Shown here piece by piece: positions 10,668 through 21,407 of a stretch of 64,000 nucleotides of DNA. The notes beneath the pieces are model-generated. The model was not told the DNA's origin and made no database searches. It was given only the letters and a program-made list of their open reading frames with translations. The translations under genes were made by a program, and so were the position numbers. Within the stretch, counting starts at the first letter, position 1. The number at the start of each line of letters is the position of its first letter. The stretch is taken from NCBI GenBank assembly GCA_965214605.1, contig OZ243961.1, positions 553,917 through 617,916 of the forward strand, read 5' to 3'. Source of the stretch: an uncultured Candidatus Binatia bacterium. Lineage in GTDB: Bacteria; Desulfobacterota; Binatia; Bin18.

Positions 10668-11519
10668 TCAGGGCTGGTTGAGGCTCCAGTCGTACTCATA
10701 GTCTATTGACCCGCCAAAGTCCTTGAGACGGGCGGCCAGTTCTGCCTCGGCGTACTGTATGAGGTGTTCAAGCACGCCCTTTTCACTGTCGCCGAAGTCC
10801 TCAACGTACCACTTGTAGATGCTTGATACCAGCAGGAAATCATTGTCCACAAAGTCTACACCTCGGGGATGGTTGACGTAGATGCGGGCCGCGTCCTCAA
10901 GTAGCGTCTCCGTATTGGCTGCAGTAAACGCCGTAGCCGAGAGATTGGGACAGCTATAACTGGCGCAGTTCACGGCATAGTGAATCCGGTTATCACGCCA
11001 GATGGGCCGCAGGATGCCATGCTCGATGTTGTTCAAGGTTAGGGGCTGGTCGGCGACTCTGGCCTGGACGTCATTCCAGGGACCGCTGAAGGGGAGCCAG
11101 CCCTGGTGAATTTCACGGATGGAGTCCACCGGATAAGCATCCACCACAACCTGTACGGTCAGCGCATTATAGAAGTTGATCCAGTACGCCTTCTGCTCTG
11201 CCCGGGAATAGTGTCTGGGATCAAGGGCTTGCAGGGAGGTGAGATAATCGGCCAGCTTGGCTGTATCCTCCGCAGCAGCCTTGAGCGCAGCATAGTCAAA
11301 GCGGTTGACACCCGAGGGATGAGTTTTGAGGTAGGTGTTCAGAAGGTTCTGCCAGGTGCTGTGGTCGATCTGTTCAGCGTTTGTCTCAACACTCACATTC
11401 CAACCTGATATCATCTCTGACTCGGGCGCAGCAGTGGCACTAGCGGCCGTTAGCGCCAGACCGATCAGACCTAGGATCAGCCGAGAATATATTCGTATGA
11501 ACCGGAGCCGCTCCACCAC
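10668..11519 (-). CDS. DUF547 domain protein with signal peptide
   Basis: 283 aa; N-terminal hydrophobic signal; YWINFYNALTVQ and later conserved DUF547-type blocks. Confidence 0.55.
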   Translation of the reverse strand: MVERLRFIRIYSRLILGLIGLALTAASATAAPESEMISGWNVSVETNAEQIDHSTWQNLLNTYLKTHPSGVNRFDYAALKAAAEDTAKLADYLTSLQALDPRHYSRAEQKAYWINFYNALTVQVVVDAYPVDSIREIHQGWLPFSGPWNDVQARVADQPLTLNNIEHGILRPIWRDNRIHYAVNCASYSCPNLSATAFTAANTETLLEDAARIYVNHPRGVDFVDNDFLLVSSIYKWYVEDFGDSEKGVLEHLIQYAEAELAARLKDFGGSIDYEYDWSLNQP

Positions 11520-12023
11520 ATCTCCTTTGTGTCTTATCCATAAATTGGGGAATGTGGGCCGTCAAGTGCCGGTCAGACGTCCACGCGAAGCCAACCGGCA
11601 GCGAGATCGCTGACATACCACGCTGTAACGAAGCGCTGGCCAGACCAAGGCTTGCAGCGGAGTGCTCGTCCAGGTTGTGACATACGCCATAAAGGCGATT
11701 GTGACCACCACGGTCCACTCTCAGAGGACACAGCATGGTACAGGCGAGCAGAGAGACCATAGATCGCTGATCGGTGATAGCGCCCAGCACAGGCCCTATA
11801 GCCAGCTCATCCCTACGCCGCACCTGCGGAAGGAGAGGTAGAGGTCGAACACCGGAAAACCGGTCCAGGCAACCACCATAAAGAGAAGAGGTAGGTTGGG
11901 ATCGCTGGAACGTACCAGCAGAACGAGGACGAGGCATCCCACGGTGCGCGACCGCATCCACCATCCGGCGTACGGCTATGCCGAACCTCTTCTCGGCCAC
12001 ACATAACGCCCTTGTCCGCAAGC

Positions 12024-13424
12024 TTAGCGGGGCGGCCGGCACTTCCAGTAGTAGTGGTGCATGGTCGCGCCTTCTTTGCGCCGTCGTAGGCTGAGGACGA
12101 CGCTGTCGCCGACACGCACGTCCTCGGGATCTACGTCGGTCATTTGGCTATACAGACGGCCGCCCCCGTCAAGATCAACCACACTCATAATCGTCGGAGA
12201 ATCTGCAGTGTGGTACAGATGGTCTCGGGTGAAGGTGAAGATATGGCCACTGCGGGACAGTGGGACTTCTTGTAGAGAGTCGTGATTATGGCAGGCAATG
12301 CAAATGCGAGCGATGGGATACTGCTTGGTGCCGCAGCGCGGACACTGCGAGCCGTACAGGCGGACGTTTTGTTTGTCTTCTTTGGCCAAAAAGACGTTCG
12401 ATAGCTCAGGGCCGTCCTGGTGCTCGGCGTAATACGTCCGCATCTTCTTAAAGATCTGGTAGGAAGGGTAGAGGCGCTTCTCACTCAGATGATCGGAGAC
12501 AGACTGAGCGGAAACACGCATTCTCATGTTCTCGGTCGCCCGTAACACGAAACCGTCCGCTCCGTCACCATACCCCAGTAACACCAGACGGTCTCCGGCC
12601 TGAGCGCTCTCCAGAGCGGCGGCCAACAACAAAAACGGTGCGGCACTGCCGCACGCGCCGACCTGGCTGAACAGCGGGTCTTGGATTTGTGCGTCTTGAA
12701 AGCCTAGCTTTTTAGCCGCGCCAATATGTGCCCGCCCGTCTGGGGAGGGCAGAATCAGCTTGGCACAGTCCTGAGCCTGGATATCAAGAGAGTGCAACAA
12801 CCTTGTGCCAACGGCGACGACACTGGCCTGATAGCCCCGTTCAGAGCTAAAGCGCGATGTCTGGGTTTGGATAAAATCGTCGGTATCACGCCGCCATTCG
12901 TCTAGAAAATCGTCCGACCGTGAAGCCGTGCTAAGAATTTCCGCGATCACACCTTCGCGGCCAAGCGTGACCGCACTGCCCGCGTCACCAAACCAGTCTT
13001 CTTCACCTTCACCGGGCTGTCCGTCGCGGACCTCGCCGGCGGCGATCAAAACCTGCGACAGGCGTCCGCTACCAAGAGCGTCTAGGCCAGCGCGGAGGGC
13101 GGTTGTGGCCGAACGCAGACTAGCGCCAAAATCGGCCGTTTCGCATTCCGGCCGCAGATCGCAGGCCGCGGCCAGAAAGCTGGCCGAAGAACGCTGGCGG
13201 AATGGAGCCGAGCTAGAGGCAAAGTACACTCCGTCGATACCGGTCTTGCCGCTGTCCTCAAGACAACGCTGGGCGGCTTCCACACCCAGCGTTAGCGCGT
13301 CCTCATCAAAATAAATTGCTGCACGCTCACCCCGGCCAGAATGACGCGCCCAGGCGTGGCCGACCTGCTCCCGTTCTAAGCGAAAAAAAGGGACGTGGTA
13401 CCCACAGCTGGTAATGCCGATCAT
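12024..13424 (-). CDS. archaeal-type HMG-CoA synthase-like (thiolase-fold) enzyme fused to a C-terminal DUF35 Zn-ribbon/OB-fold domain
   Basis: N-terminus IGITSCGYHVPFFRLEREQVGHAW resembles the archaeal HMGCS family; C-terminal CPRCGTKQYPIARICIACHN Zn-ribbon followed by OB-fold. Confidence 0.65.
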   Translation of the reverse strand: MIGITSCGYHVPFFRLEREQVGHAWARHSGRGERAAIYFDEDALTLGVEAAQRCLEDSGKTGIDGVYFASSSAPFRQRSSASFLAAACDLRPECETADFGASLRSATTALRAGLDALGSGRLSQVLIAAGEVRDGQPGEGEEDWFGDAGSAVTLGREGVIAEILSTASRSDDFLDEWRRDTDDFIQTQTSRFSSERGYQASVVAVGTRLLHSLDIQAQDCAKLILPSPDGRAHIGAAKKLGFQDAQIQDPLFSQVGACGSAAPFLLLAAALESAQAGDRLVLLGYGDGADGFVLRATENMRMRVSAQSVSDHLSEKRLYPSYQIFKKMRTYYAEHQDGPELSNVFLAKEDKQNVRLYGSQCPRCGTKQYPIARICIACHNHDSLQEVPLSRSGHIFTFTRDHLYHTADSPTIMSVVDLDGGGRLYSQMTDVDPEDVRVGDSVVLSLRRRKEGATMHHYYWKCRPPR

Positions 13425-13528
13425 GATCGTGCCTTACGGCGGCGTGCCATATTTAGCCCCCCGTTGGGCTCAGGTCTCAAAAGATATCGGCGCTCTCTTC
13501 CCTCCTCATGGGGAACGCCCCGATTTCT

Positions 13529-13990
13529 TCAGCTCACAGCCGCCTCTTTTTTACGCAGCATACCAGCCCGCCGACAGCGCATAACCACCTCTCCCCGTTG
13601 GTTGGTAGCCCGGTGCTCGAACATCACAACACCCCACTGCGGGCGTGACTTGGATGCGCGCTTTTCCACTACCTCGGTCTCTGCGTACAGCGTATCGCCG
13701 ATAAAGACCGGCTTGGGAAACTTCACCTCTTCGAAACCAAGATTGCCGACCGTCGTGCCCAGGGTGGTATCTCCGACCGACAGGCCAACCGTGAGGCCAA
13801 GGGTAAACAGGCTGTTGACAAGCCGCTGGCCGAACTCGGCCTTCTTGGAAAATTCCTCGTCGAGGTGCAGGGGCTGAGGGTTCATCGTCATGGTCGTAAA
13901 TAGCAGGTTGTCGGTCTCGGTAATTGTTCGTCCCGGCTGGTGGTGGAAGACATCCCCAACGTTGAGTTCCTCAAAATGTTTGCCTGCCAT
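13529..13990 (-). CDS. MaoC-family (R-specific enoyl-CoA) dehydratase
   Basis: hot-dog fold; [15 protein letters not shown]...[23 protein letters not shown]; start set at MAGKHF. Confidence 0.75.
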   Translation of the reverse strand: MAGKHFEELNVGDVFHHQPGRTITETDNLLFTTMTMNPQPLHLDEEFSKKAEFGQRLVNSLFTLGLTVGLSVGDTTLGTTVGNLGFEEVKFPKPVFIGDTLYAETEVVEKRASKSRPQWGVVMFEHRATNQRGEVVMRCRRAGMLRKKEAAVS

Positions 13991-14046
13991 AGGGTCCTCC
14001 TTACCAGATGTGCTGGGCAATGCGGGGTCCGTGCTTGATCTGCACT

Positions 14047-15201
14047 TCAGTGGACGGACAACCGCTTCTGATACCAAATCCTTCCGTCTTTAACCGTCAG
14101 CTGGTTCACGAGCCGCTGCCGACCGATCATATGGTTTTGGTCGGTATCAACGAAATCAAACTCGCCGTCTTCTAAGCGGAACACCGCAATATCGGCGATG
14201 GCCCCGGGCTTAAGCGTCCCGATACGACCCGCCTCACCGAGCACCCGGGCCGGATTCGCCGTGGTGCGGACAATGACGTCCTCCAAGCTCATGCCCAGAT
14301 TCAAGAGCTTGGACATGGTCGTCGGCAGGTCAAACACCGGCCCTCTGGTCGCGCTGCTCAGGGTCAGGTCGGTCGCGATTGTATCGGGATAAAAGCCGGC
14401 ATCCAACACCTGTTTGACAAACGGAAAGGGAAAATGCATACGACCATGGGCGCAGTCAAAGAGAATCCCCTCTTTTTGCGCATCCCAGACTTCTCTCAAA
14501 ATCGCTTTTTTATCGGCCCCCATAATGCCGTGGGTATAGCGATGAAAACAGTGGGTGACAACATCGCCAGGTTTCATGAACGACAGGATTTGCGGAATTG
14601 GCAACAGGGCATCGGTGATATGGACCATCAGCGGTACCTCAGCCATATCGGCTGCCTGGCGGGCTAGGCGCAGCGGCTCGGTCCCTGCAGAATCGGGGAC
14701 AACGTTGTTGCTAAAGCGCAGCTTAACCCCAATGGCGAGGTCCCGATTGGCGCTGATCGTGCGTGCACAGCCCTCAGGGTCGGCATAGGCCATGTGCATG
14801 AGTTCTCCAACCTGAAGATGAATCAAGCCTAAGGCCGAGAGGTGAACAAAGCACCGCAGCCGCACCTGGCTGCGGTCTGCAACCGATTGACGTAGTCCCG
14901 GAAAAGTCGCTGAACCGGCGCTTCCCGCGTCAATAATCGTCGTCACCCCACTTGCCGAGCAGCGCTGATCAGTTGCGCTCCCCATATCATGAGCGTTGAC
15001 AAAAACGTGGGCGTGCAAATCAATCAGGCCGGGACACACTAGCCCGCCGCTGACGTCTCGAACACGCACCGCTTCGGATTCGGGAATATCCGGCTGAACG
15101 GCGGCAATCCTGCCGTTGTGAATCGCGACGTCGGCTTTCCCCCGAAACGGCCAGCCTGGATCAATGACTTGACCGCCTTTGAGTACCAAGTCGTAGGCCA
15201 T
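14047..15201 (-). CDS. amidohydrolase-family metallohydrolase (D-aminoacylase/dihydroorotase-like)
   Basis: [15 protein letters not shown]...[10 protein letters not shown] metal-binding HxH motif; start set at MAYDLV. Confidence 0.7.
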   Translation of the reverse strand: MAYDLVLKGGQVIDPGWPFRGKADVAIHNGRIAAVQPDIPESEAVRVRDVSGGLVCPGLIDLHAHVFVNAHDMGSATDQRCSASGVTTIIDAGSAGSATFPGLRQSVADRSQVRLRCFVHLSALGLIHLQVGELMHMAYADPEGCARTISANRDLAIGVKLRFSNNVVPDSAGTEPLRLARQAADMAEVPLMVHITDALLPIPQILSFMKPGDVVTHCFHRYTHGIMGADKKAILREVWDAQKEGILFDCAHGRMHFPFPFVKQVLDAGFYPDTIATDLTLSSATRGPVFDLPTTMSKLLNLGMSLEDVIVRTTANPARVLGEAGRIGTLKPGAIADIAVFRLEDGEFDFVDTDQNHMIGRQRLVNQLTVKDGRIWYQKRLSVH

Positions 15202-15232
15202 AGCGTCCTCTTTTTTCGGTGCTTGCACGCGG

Positions 15233-15943
15233 TTATTTTGCCTGCCAGGTGTTGTGGTGGACAAGCTTGTGGATGGGGATCTTTGGATTGGACGGTTTGC
15301 TAGGTCGCTGGGCAGGATAGCCAATCGTGATCAGGCCAACCGGCCGCACTTGATCGGGCAGGCCCAAGATTTTTGCCACTTCGACCGGGTTATAGGCTCC
15401 CACAAAACAGGCGCCTAAGCCCTGTTCCACAACGCCCAGCAAAATGAGTAACGAGGCAAACGCGGTATCGACCAGACTATAGAAGTTTCCCCGGCTACCA
15501 TAGCGTTTTCCCATGCGCTGTGTGTCGGCACAGGTCGCAATAATCAGCGGAGCGGTCGCCACCGAGGTCTGGCCGAAAGCCGCGGTAGCCAGCTGAGCAC
15601 GCACCTCGGGATCTTGGACAAGGATGAACTCCCAAGGCTGGAGATTGCCCGCACTTGGCGCCCGAACCGCATACTCAAGCAGGCGTTGTACAAGCTCTTC
15701 TGGAACCGGCTCACCCGTGTAGGCCCGAATCATCGCCCGGCGTGTAACAACCGAGGCGAAGGAGGGCGACTCAGCGGATATAGATTCAGCCGCCTCAGCT
15801 TTGGCCTGGGCCAATACAAGCGCGGCCCCGGTGCTTTGGAGCAGCTTGCGACGGGAGACTTTGAGTGGCACTGAAGCGTCCTTCTCGGGAAAACGCGGCT
15901 CGAGACGGCCGCGATACAATCGGCCTATAAGCCCTAGCGCCAC
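15233..15943 (-). CDS. nitroreductase-family flavoprotein with Tat-type signal
   Basis: SRRKLLQSTGAALVLAQAKA twin-arginine motif; nitroreductase fold; 10-bp overlap with qhpB stop. Confidence 0.6.
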   Translation of the reverse strand: MALGLIGRLYRGRLEPRFPEKDASVPLKVSRRKLLQSTGAALVLAQAKAEAAESISAESPSFASVVTRRAMIRAYTGEPVPEELVQRLLEYAVRAPSAGNLQPWEFILVQDPEVRAQLATAAFGQTSVATAPLIIATCADTQRMGKRYGSRGNFYSLVDTAFASLLILLGVVEQGLGACFVGAYNPVEVAKILGLPDQVRPVGLITIGYPAQRPSKPSNPKIPIHKLVHHNTWQAK

Positions 15944-17010
15944 ACAAATCGTAGGACATTTCCCCCACCGGTCTGGGTGGCGCCAAGCTCAATCTTGGTC
16001 AACAGTTCCAGGCTCTCGGCATCAAAAACAGCGATATCGTGCCAGTTGCTGCCGCAGTATATCTTTGTGCCCTGGGGATGGATAAAGGGCATAAAATACG
16101 TATTCGGCAGCGGGCGGCTCTTTTCGATACGACGCGTCTGGAGATCGACCCGCCACAGAGTGTTGTAGGCAAAATAGGCTTTTCTGGTCGTGGGTGACAG
16201 CGCACCGGTCAGCACGTAGGATTCTGGGCTGAAGGGCTGGAGCTCAACCACCTCGACCTCGGGCTCGTCTTGGTTGAGGTCCAAAGAGGCAATGCCGATC
16301 GTGACCTGTCGGGTAATCGTGTCGGTCACAAACGCCCCAAAAGAGATCAAGTGGCCGTGCTCTTGATACGGGTTGCCCAAGGGCAGCCCGTCAGTCCGCC
16401 CGACCCCGGTAATATTCCGATTCAGCAGCGGTAGGCTATCGACCTGCTCCCCGGTTTCGGTATCGTACACAAAGATATCCTGGCCAACACTGAAGACGTA
16501 CAGCTGTTTGCCGTCTTTGGACGAGGCCAGCGACATCACCTGGCGGGGAGCAGGAAAGGTGCGCAGGGTTTGCTGGGTGTTCAGATCAATGACTCGGATA
16601 CGGTTGTCGAGCGCCGTGTAACTGCCCGGCTCTTTTTTGAGCGGCATCTCGTGAATGAACAGCCGGTCGCCCTGAGCACTGGCGTCAATCGCCATTGTGC
16701 GGACTAGCTCGGTATCGCTAGAGAGCGAGAAGCTCGTGACCTGCTTGCCCTCATCAAGGTCGACCATGGCGACGCTCTGTGACAAATTGTTCACCACATA
16801 GGCGTACTGCGGATGAGCAGGATTGGGCGCGATGTTGAGGGCCGGACCACGGCCTTCGAGGGCAATATTTTGCACCACCTCATCGGTCTCAGTATCAATC
16901 ACAACCAGATTGTTGGGATGGACTGAGGCTAACAGATACCAGTTTGCCTGGGCCATATGGGGAAGGCCGACAAGTATGAGGCACAGCAGCAAAGCCTGAC
17001 AAAAGCGCAT
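15934..17010 (-). CDS. qhpB: quinohemoprotein amine dehydrogenase beta subunit (beta-propeller)
   Basis: signal peptide MRFCQALLLCLILVGLPHMAQA; repeated propeller blades; position directly after the gamma subunit in the qhpADCB order. Confidence 0.65.
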   Translation of the reverse strand: MRFCQALLLCLILVGLPHMAQANWYLLASVHPNNLVVIDTETDEVVQNIALEGRGPALNIAPNPAHPQYAYVVNNLSQSVAMVDLDEGKQVTSFSLSSDTELVRTMAIDASAQGDRLFIHEMPLKKEPGSYTALDNRIRVIDLNTQQTLRTFPAPRQVMSLASSKDGKQLYVFSVGQDIFVYDTETGEQVDSLPLLNRNITGVGRTDGLPLGNPYQEHGHLISFGAFVTDTITRQVTIGIASLDLNQDEPEVEVVELQPFSPESYVLTGALSPTTRKAYFAYNTLWRVDLQTRRIEKSRPLPNTYFMPFIHPQGTKIYCGSNWHDIAVFDAESLELLTKIELGATQTGGGNVLRFVWR

Positions 17011-17051
17011 CCAATTCCTTCTTCGCACGACCTCGCCCTCACCCGACCGGT

Positions 17052-17381
17052 CTAGTCGATTTTCGGAAAGACGACTTCCAGGCTCCTCCAGTCTTCCTGG
17101 GTCGAGCCTGAACAGGCTTTGGCCCACTCCGGGGTATTCTGCAAACTATCCGGCACCTGGGCCGGCCACCAACACACATTGGCACAGCTCAGCAGGTCAG
17201 CCTCAACCGGGGCACACATACTGCTTGTCCCGCCCCAGGGATTGGCCTCCCAGCCGGGGTTAAAGATCGTCGTGCAGCCGACCGGCTGGTTCATCCCAAT
17301 AACATCGTCCTGCTCTTGGGCTTGGACCGCCTCAACCCGTTCAGCCTTTTGGTTGCGTGGCTTAAGGTGTTTCATTGGCAT
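17052..17381 (-). CDS. qhpC: quinohemoprotein amine dehydrogenase gamma subunit (Cys/Trp-rich crosslinked subunit precursor)
   Basis: 109 aa; leader then Cys/Trp-rich core (GCTTIF...SMCAPVEADLLSCANVCWWP); sandwiched between the radical-SAM maturase and the beta subunit. Confidence 0.65.
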   Translation of the reverse strand: MPMKHLKPRNQKAERVEAVQAQEQDDVIGMNQPVGCTTIFNPGWEANPWGGTSSMCAPVEADLLSCANVCWWPAQVPDSLQNTPEWAKACSGSTQEDWRSLEVVFPKID

Positions 17382-17430
17382 CTCCTTACGCTTGCCCCTA
17401 GGCCTTTCCGTTCAGCTTTCAACATTCTCT

Positions 17431-18891
17431 TCACGTCAGCTCCTTAGGCGCGTCTCCCCTCCCCCGCAGCACGTAGTGCTCTACAAAGCCGGGGGTCTTG
17501 CGCTCCAACTCCATATAGACCCTGATGCCGTGCTCTGTCCAGGCTCTCAGAAAGTCACAGTAGTGCAGGTTGGGGTGTAAGGCGTCGCCAAACTGGGTCA
17601 TGGCCTCATGATAACACCCGCCACCACACAGCCCACGCACCCAGCAGGTCTGACACACCGTTTTGTTGCCCAGGTGGGCCTTGTTCACAAAGGCATTCAG
17701 CCGGTCATAGGCCAGCCCGTCTCTCACGTTGCCGTGTTTATGCTCCTCGCTGCCGGGGAAACGATGGCACAGATAGACGTCGCCATTGCCGTCCACATCC
17801 AGCAGTCCCAGCCCAGCACCACACGGGAAAAACTTGTTAGTCCCGACATGGATATCGGTCAACAGGGTGCTCAGATTAGCGAAACCAGTATAGCGGCCCT
17901 GTATGGCTCGCTCGACGTATAGGCCGCTGAGCTGTCGAAAACCGGCCAACACCTCGTGCAAGTCTGCCGGCTCTAAACCGTAGTCCGTGCCATTGGTGGA
18001 CGTAACCGGAGAAAACCCGACCTCAAAAAATCCCAAGCCAGTCAGGTGTTCGTACGTCCGCATAATATCGATCGCGTCTTTCGTCACAGTGACCCGCGCC
18101 ACCACCGGGCGGGCAGTATAGCGCTCGAACAGACGCTCCAAGCGGGGCGCCAGCACCTGGTAGGAGCCTTTGCGTTGTCCCGTGGCGGTCACAAATGAGC
18201 GCCGTTTGTCGTGCAAATCCGGCGGGCCATCAATACTGATTGTGATACCAAAGCGATAATCCTGAAAAAAATCAATGACACCATCGGTCAGCAACGTGCC
18301 GTTGGTGGTAATAGAAAAATCGACCCGTTTGTCTTCGGCCCGGGCTTTTTGCTCGGCATAGGTCACGACTTGACGCATCAGTTTGAAGTTCAGTAGGGCC
18401 TCGCCACCAAAAAAAATCAGGTTGACATCCCGACTCTGGCCCGACTTTTGGAACAGAAAATCGACGCTAGCCTGAGCCGTCGACCAGTTCATCTGGACCG
18501 GTGTGGGGCCGTATTTGGCCTCGTCCGGCTCATAACAGTAGGTACAGTGCAGGTTACATTTATTGGCAACATTGATGACCACCGAGCTGACCGGAAACCG
18601 TTCAACATCTAGCTGGGGAATCGATAGTGGTGAGGTCGGCGGATCGGTCTCAAAGATGTCCAAGCGGATAAACTCCCGGACCGTTTCGGCAATCTCCTCA
18701 GCCGAAAACCGGTCGGCCAGCGCAGCGATCAGCTGCTCAAGGCTGCACGCCGGTCGGACCTGGCCGTAGTGCAGGACTGCCTCACACACCGCATCCATCT
18801 CAAACAGAGCCATGCTCTTGGCCGCAACCAAGACGTCCCCCGACTCCGTAGCGAGGGGATAGGCGTTTTCGGGATGGAATCGCAGCTGCAT
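17431..18891 (-). CDS. qhpD: radical SAM/SPASM maturase for QHNDH gamma subunit
   Basis: CNLHCTYCY radical-SAM CxxxCxxC motif; C-terminal SPASM cysteine clusters (CQTCWVRGLCGGGCYHE); start set at MQLRFHPENAY. Confidence 0.8.
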   Translation of the reverse strand: MQLRFHPENAYPLATESGDVLVAAKSMALFEMDAVCEAVLHYGQVRPACSLEQLIAALADRFSAEEIAETVREFIRLDIFETDPPTSPLSIPQLDVERFPVSSVVINVANKCNLHCTYCYEPDEAKYGPTPVQMNWSTAQASVDFLFQKSGQSRDVNLIFFGGEALLNFKLMRQVVTYAEQKARAEDKRVDFSITTNGTLLTDGVIDFFQDYRFGITISIDGPPDLHDKRRSFVTATGQRKGSYQVLAPRLERLFERYTARPVVARVTVTKDAIDIMRTYEHLTGLGFFEVGFSPVTSTNGTDYGLEPADLHEVLAGFRQLSGLYVERAIQGRYTGFANLSTLLTDIHVGTNKFFPCGAGLGLLDVDGNGDVYLCHRFPGSEEHKHGNVRDGLAYDRLNAFVNKAHLGNKTVCQTCWVRGLCGGGCYHEAMTQFGDALHPNLHYCDFLRAWTEHGIRVYMELERKTPGFVEHYVLRGRGDAPKELT

Positions 18892-18902
18892 ACTATCCGT
18901 CC

Positions 18903-20525
18903 TTACTCGATTGGCGGAAAGAGAAACCGGGGCGGCATGACGAGTAAATGCGCCCGTGCGCCAATTGAGCGTTTTGCGTTGGTGGGCTGATACCAGGCTT
19001 CGACCCACACATCGCCGACGTTACCCTCCAACATGCGCCGATCCGGGTTCGGACCGTCCAAGGCCGGGGTGAACAGCCCGGCTTGATCAAGCGTCCCAAC
19101 AAACTTGACATCGTCGTCATTATTGCGCTTGACGTATTCTTCCAGCTGCCAGGTGACCGGCGTGATGCGGCCTAACTTCACATCATCGGCCGTGCCTTTT
19201 TTGCCATCGGCCCCGTTGGTGTAGCCGTCCACCTCAAACTGCTGGAAAATCTTTGGCGCCCGCCCCCCACCCGGACGGGCAAAGCCATGTTCCGGGGAGA
19301 GCCGAATATAGTCGACCGTCTTATACACCGCCAGCCGGAGTTTGCTGCTCACTCCTCGAACATCGACATCCCTCCGGCCCGGTTCGGCCTGCGGGTCGAC
19401 TGTCAGCTCAAGCACCAGGGTATCATCGGCCTGCTGACTCACAGATTGGACCGACACTCCAGCGCCCAAAGACACATCTTCGGCCCGCAGCCCTGGGGGC
19501 AGCTTGATGCCGAACAGCTTCAGCTTTGGCGCGCTGCCAGCCTGTAAGGCGGTCGGGATGCTCGTCAGCAACCGGGCCGGTCCAAGACTCCGATACCACG
19601 TCTCGGTCAAGGCCAGATCACCATAGGCGGTTAGCAGGCGCCGCCCCTTGATCCGTGTCCCGTCTTCGCTGGCAAAAAATATTTCTCTGTGGCTCGTCTG
19701 CGCCTCGCCTTCGCCCAGCTGAGCGAGACCGCGCCACTGAAAGCCGGTGTAGACAATCGCTGTCGTTCGGCCCGACAGCGTCAGACCGTTCGAGAGTTCA
19801 TAGCGAAAGCTCCCGCTGTACCGATCATCCTCTCCGGCTGTCAGCGTTAAACGACCCACATAAGCCCCGCCCCCGCCAGCATCGTGACCGACCACTTTCC
19901 ACTCACCAGAATAGTCAGCCTTGGGTCGGGATTGCCAGTTGGTCCACGCGTCTGTGCGAAAAGGCAGAGCCTTGACCAAATAGGGCACGGCCTGCTGCTT
20001 GGCGTAATCGTACCAAAAGGTCCGGAGCAGCCCGGCCGAGACTGTTTCGTTTTCGATATTCGGCAGCAGGGCCAGTTTCGCGTCAATCAAGCGCTCCCAC
20101 TCTTGGGCGGTTCGGCCTTGGAGGGCGGTTCGGGCGTAGGAGTGGCACTGCACACAGCCGGCTTGCAGAGCCGCTGGCACGTCCTGGCTGGTAACAGTAT
20201 GATCACGGGCCAGAATAGGCTGAAAAGGCGCGACCTCGGCTGGCGCCAGGCCATACAGATCACTCAGGTATTTGACCAGGGTACGGGCTTCGCCAGCTTG
20301 GAGTTCGACCTGGTGAGTCAACACCATGCGCGAGATGGTCATCTCCCAGCCTTCCGGGGTTTTACGCTGGAACTCAATCGCGTCAAATTTACCGTCGGAT
20401 TGGCGTGGGACATGACAGCCCGAGCAGCGGTCTTCCAAAATCGTCCGTGCAGCGTCCGCTTGACCCCAAGCCTGCAAGGGGGCCAAGAGCAGACAGCACA
20501 TGGTAATGAGGAGCGGTATTTTCAT
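18903..20525 (-). CDS. qhpA: quinohemoprotein amine dehydrogenase alpha subunit (di-haem cytochrome c)
   Basis: signal peptide MKIPLLITMCCLLLAPLQAWG; two CxxCH haem motifs (CSGCHV, CVQCHS); ~540 aa. Confidence 0.75.
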   Translation of the reverse strand: MKIPLLITMCCLLLAPLQAWGQADAARTILEDRCSGCHVPRQSDGKFDAIEFQRKTPEGWEMTISRMVLTHQVELQAGEARTLVKYLSDLYGLAPAEVAPFQPILARDHTVTSQDVPAALQAGCVQCHSYARTALQGRTAQEWERLIDAKLALLPNIENETVSAGLLRTFWYDYAKQQAVPYLVKALPFRTDAWTNWQSRPKADYSGEWKVVGHDAGGGGAYVGRLTLTAGEDDRYSGSFRYELSNGLTLSGRTTAIVYTGFQWRGLAQLGEGEAQTSHREIFFASEDGTRIKGRRLLTAYGDLALTETWYRSLGPARLLTSIPTALQAGSAPKLKLFGIKLPPGLRAEDVSLGAGVSVQSVSQQADDTLVLELTVDPQAEPGRRDVDVRGVSSKLRLAVYKTVDYIRLSPEHGFARPGGGRAPKIFQQFEVDGYTNGADGKKGTADDVKLGRITPVTWQLEEYVKRNNDDDVKFVGTLDQAGLFTPALDGPNPDRRMLEGNVGDVWVEAWYQPTNAKRSIGARAHLLVMPPRFLFPPIE

Positions 20526-20634
20526 GTCGTGAGTCTCTTTGTCACAGTTCGGACTGGTAATCTTACACCCAGCGGCCGAGCTTTGAAAGACTCTAAGACA
20601 AGGGGGGAGCAACGCGTCTTGCCGCCGCTCCGGC

Positions 20635-21390
20635 TTGTTGCTAGGACAGAAGCGACACGACGAGAAGGCGATGGGCGCAGTGGATCACAAACCTGACCTC
20701 AGCCAGGCCACCGGAGCGGGTGTTCGCGTTGCCCTGATCGACAGTGGTATTAACGCTACACACTCCCATGTGGGGTCAGTTGCCGGTGGAGTGGGCTTTT
20801 GGATAGCCGACGACGGAACGGTCCAGGAAAACGATGCCTACCCCGACCAACTTGGCCATGGGACTGCTCTGGCCGGGATTGTACGGGCCAAAGCTCCTCA
20901 GGTTGAGCTGTACGCGGTCAAGATCTTCACCCAGCGGCTTGGCGCATCCATTAGGCTGCTCGAAGCCGGCCTAGGCTGGGCCATTACCCAAAAGATCAAG
21001 ATTATTAATCTGAGCCTAGGCACCAATAATCCGCAGCATCGGGAACGGCTGAGCTCGCTCCTTGGGCTGGCTCGGGCCGCAGGATCCATCCTGGTCGCTG
21101 CCTCTCCACCAGGGCGAACCGACGTGTTGCCGGCCGCGCTGCCAGGGGTAATTGGAGTGGCCGGAGACGAACACTGCGGCTGGAACGACTATCGTTACAC
21201 AAACGACGACCCGATTCCTTTTCGTGCCCACTCCCAGCCTCGTCCGCTGCCTGGCTTACCCCAGGAGCGCAACTTCCAGGGCCATAGCTTTGCCTCCGCC
21301 CATGTTTCGGCTAGGCTGGCTTTATTCGCTCAGACCCGTCCACAGCTCAGCCCGGAGGAGGCCCGCCAGTTCTTAACGCCCAAGGGCTGA
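20635..21390 (+). CDS. qhpE: small subtilisin-like serine protease (QhpE-type)
   Basis: S8 catalytic triad blocks ALIDSGI / GHGTALAG / GHSFASAHVS; ~250 aa. Confidence 0.7.
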   Translation: MLLGQKRHDEKAMGAVDHKPDLSQATGAGVRVALIDSGINATHSHVGSVAGGVGFWIADDGTVQENDAYPDQLGHGTALAGIVRAKAPQVELYAVKIFTQRLGASIRLLEAGLGWAITQKIKIINLSLGTNNPQHRERLSSLLGLARAAGSILVAASPPGRTDVLPAALPGVIGVAGDEHCGWNDYRYTNDDPIPFRAHSQPRPLPGLPQERNFQGHSFASAHVSARLALFAQTRPQLSPEEARQFLTPKG

Positions 21391-21407
21391 GCCCAGACCA
21401 CACCCGC

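Noticed and set aside
11520-12023. 500-bp gap between the HMGCS-DUF35 and DUF547 genes, inspected for a riboswitch or small RNA (contains a CTGAGAG element)
   Set aside because: No match to TPP or other riboswitch cores I can recognise. Only arginine-rich spurious ORFs. Left as unexplained intergenic DNA.
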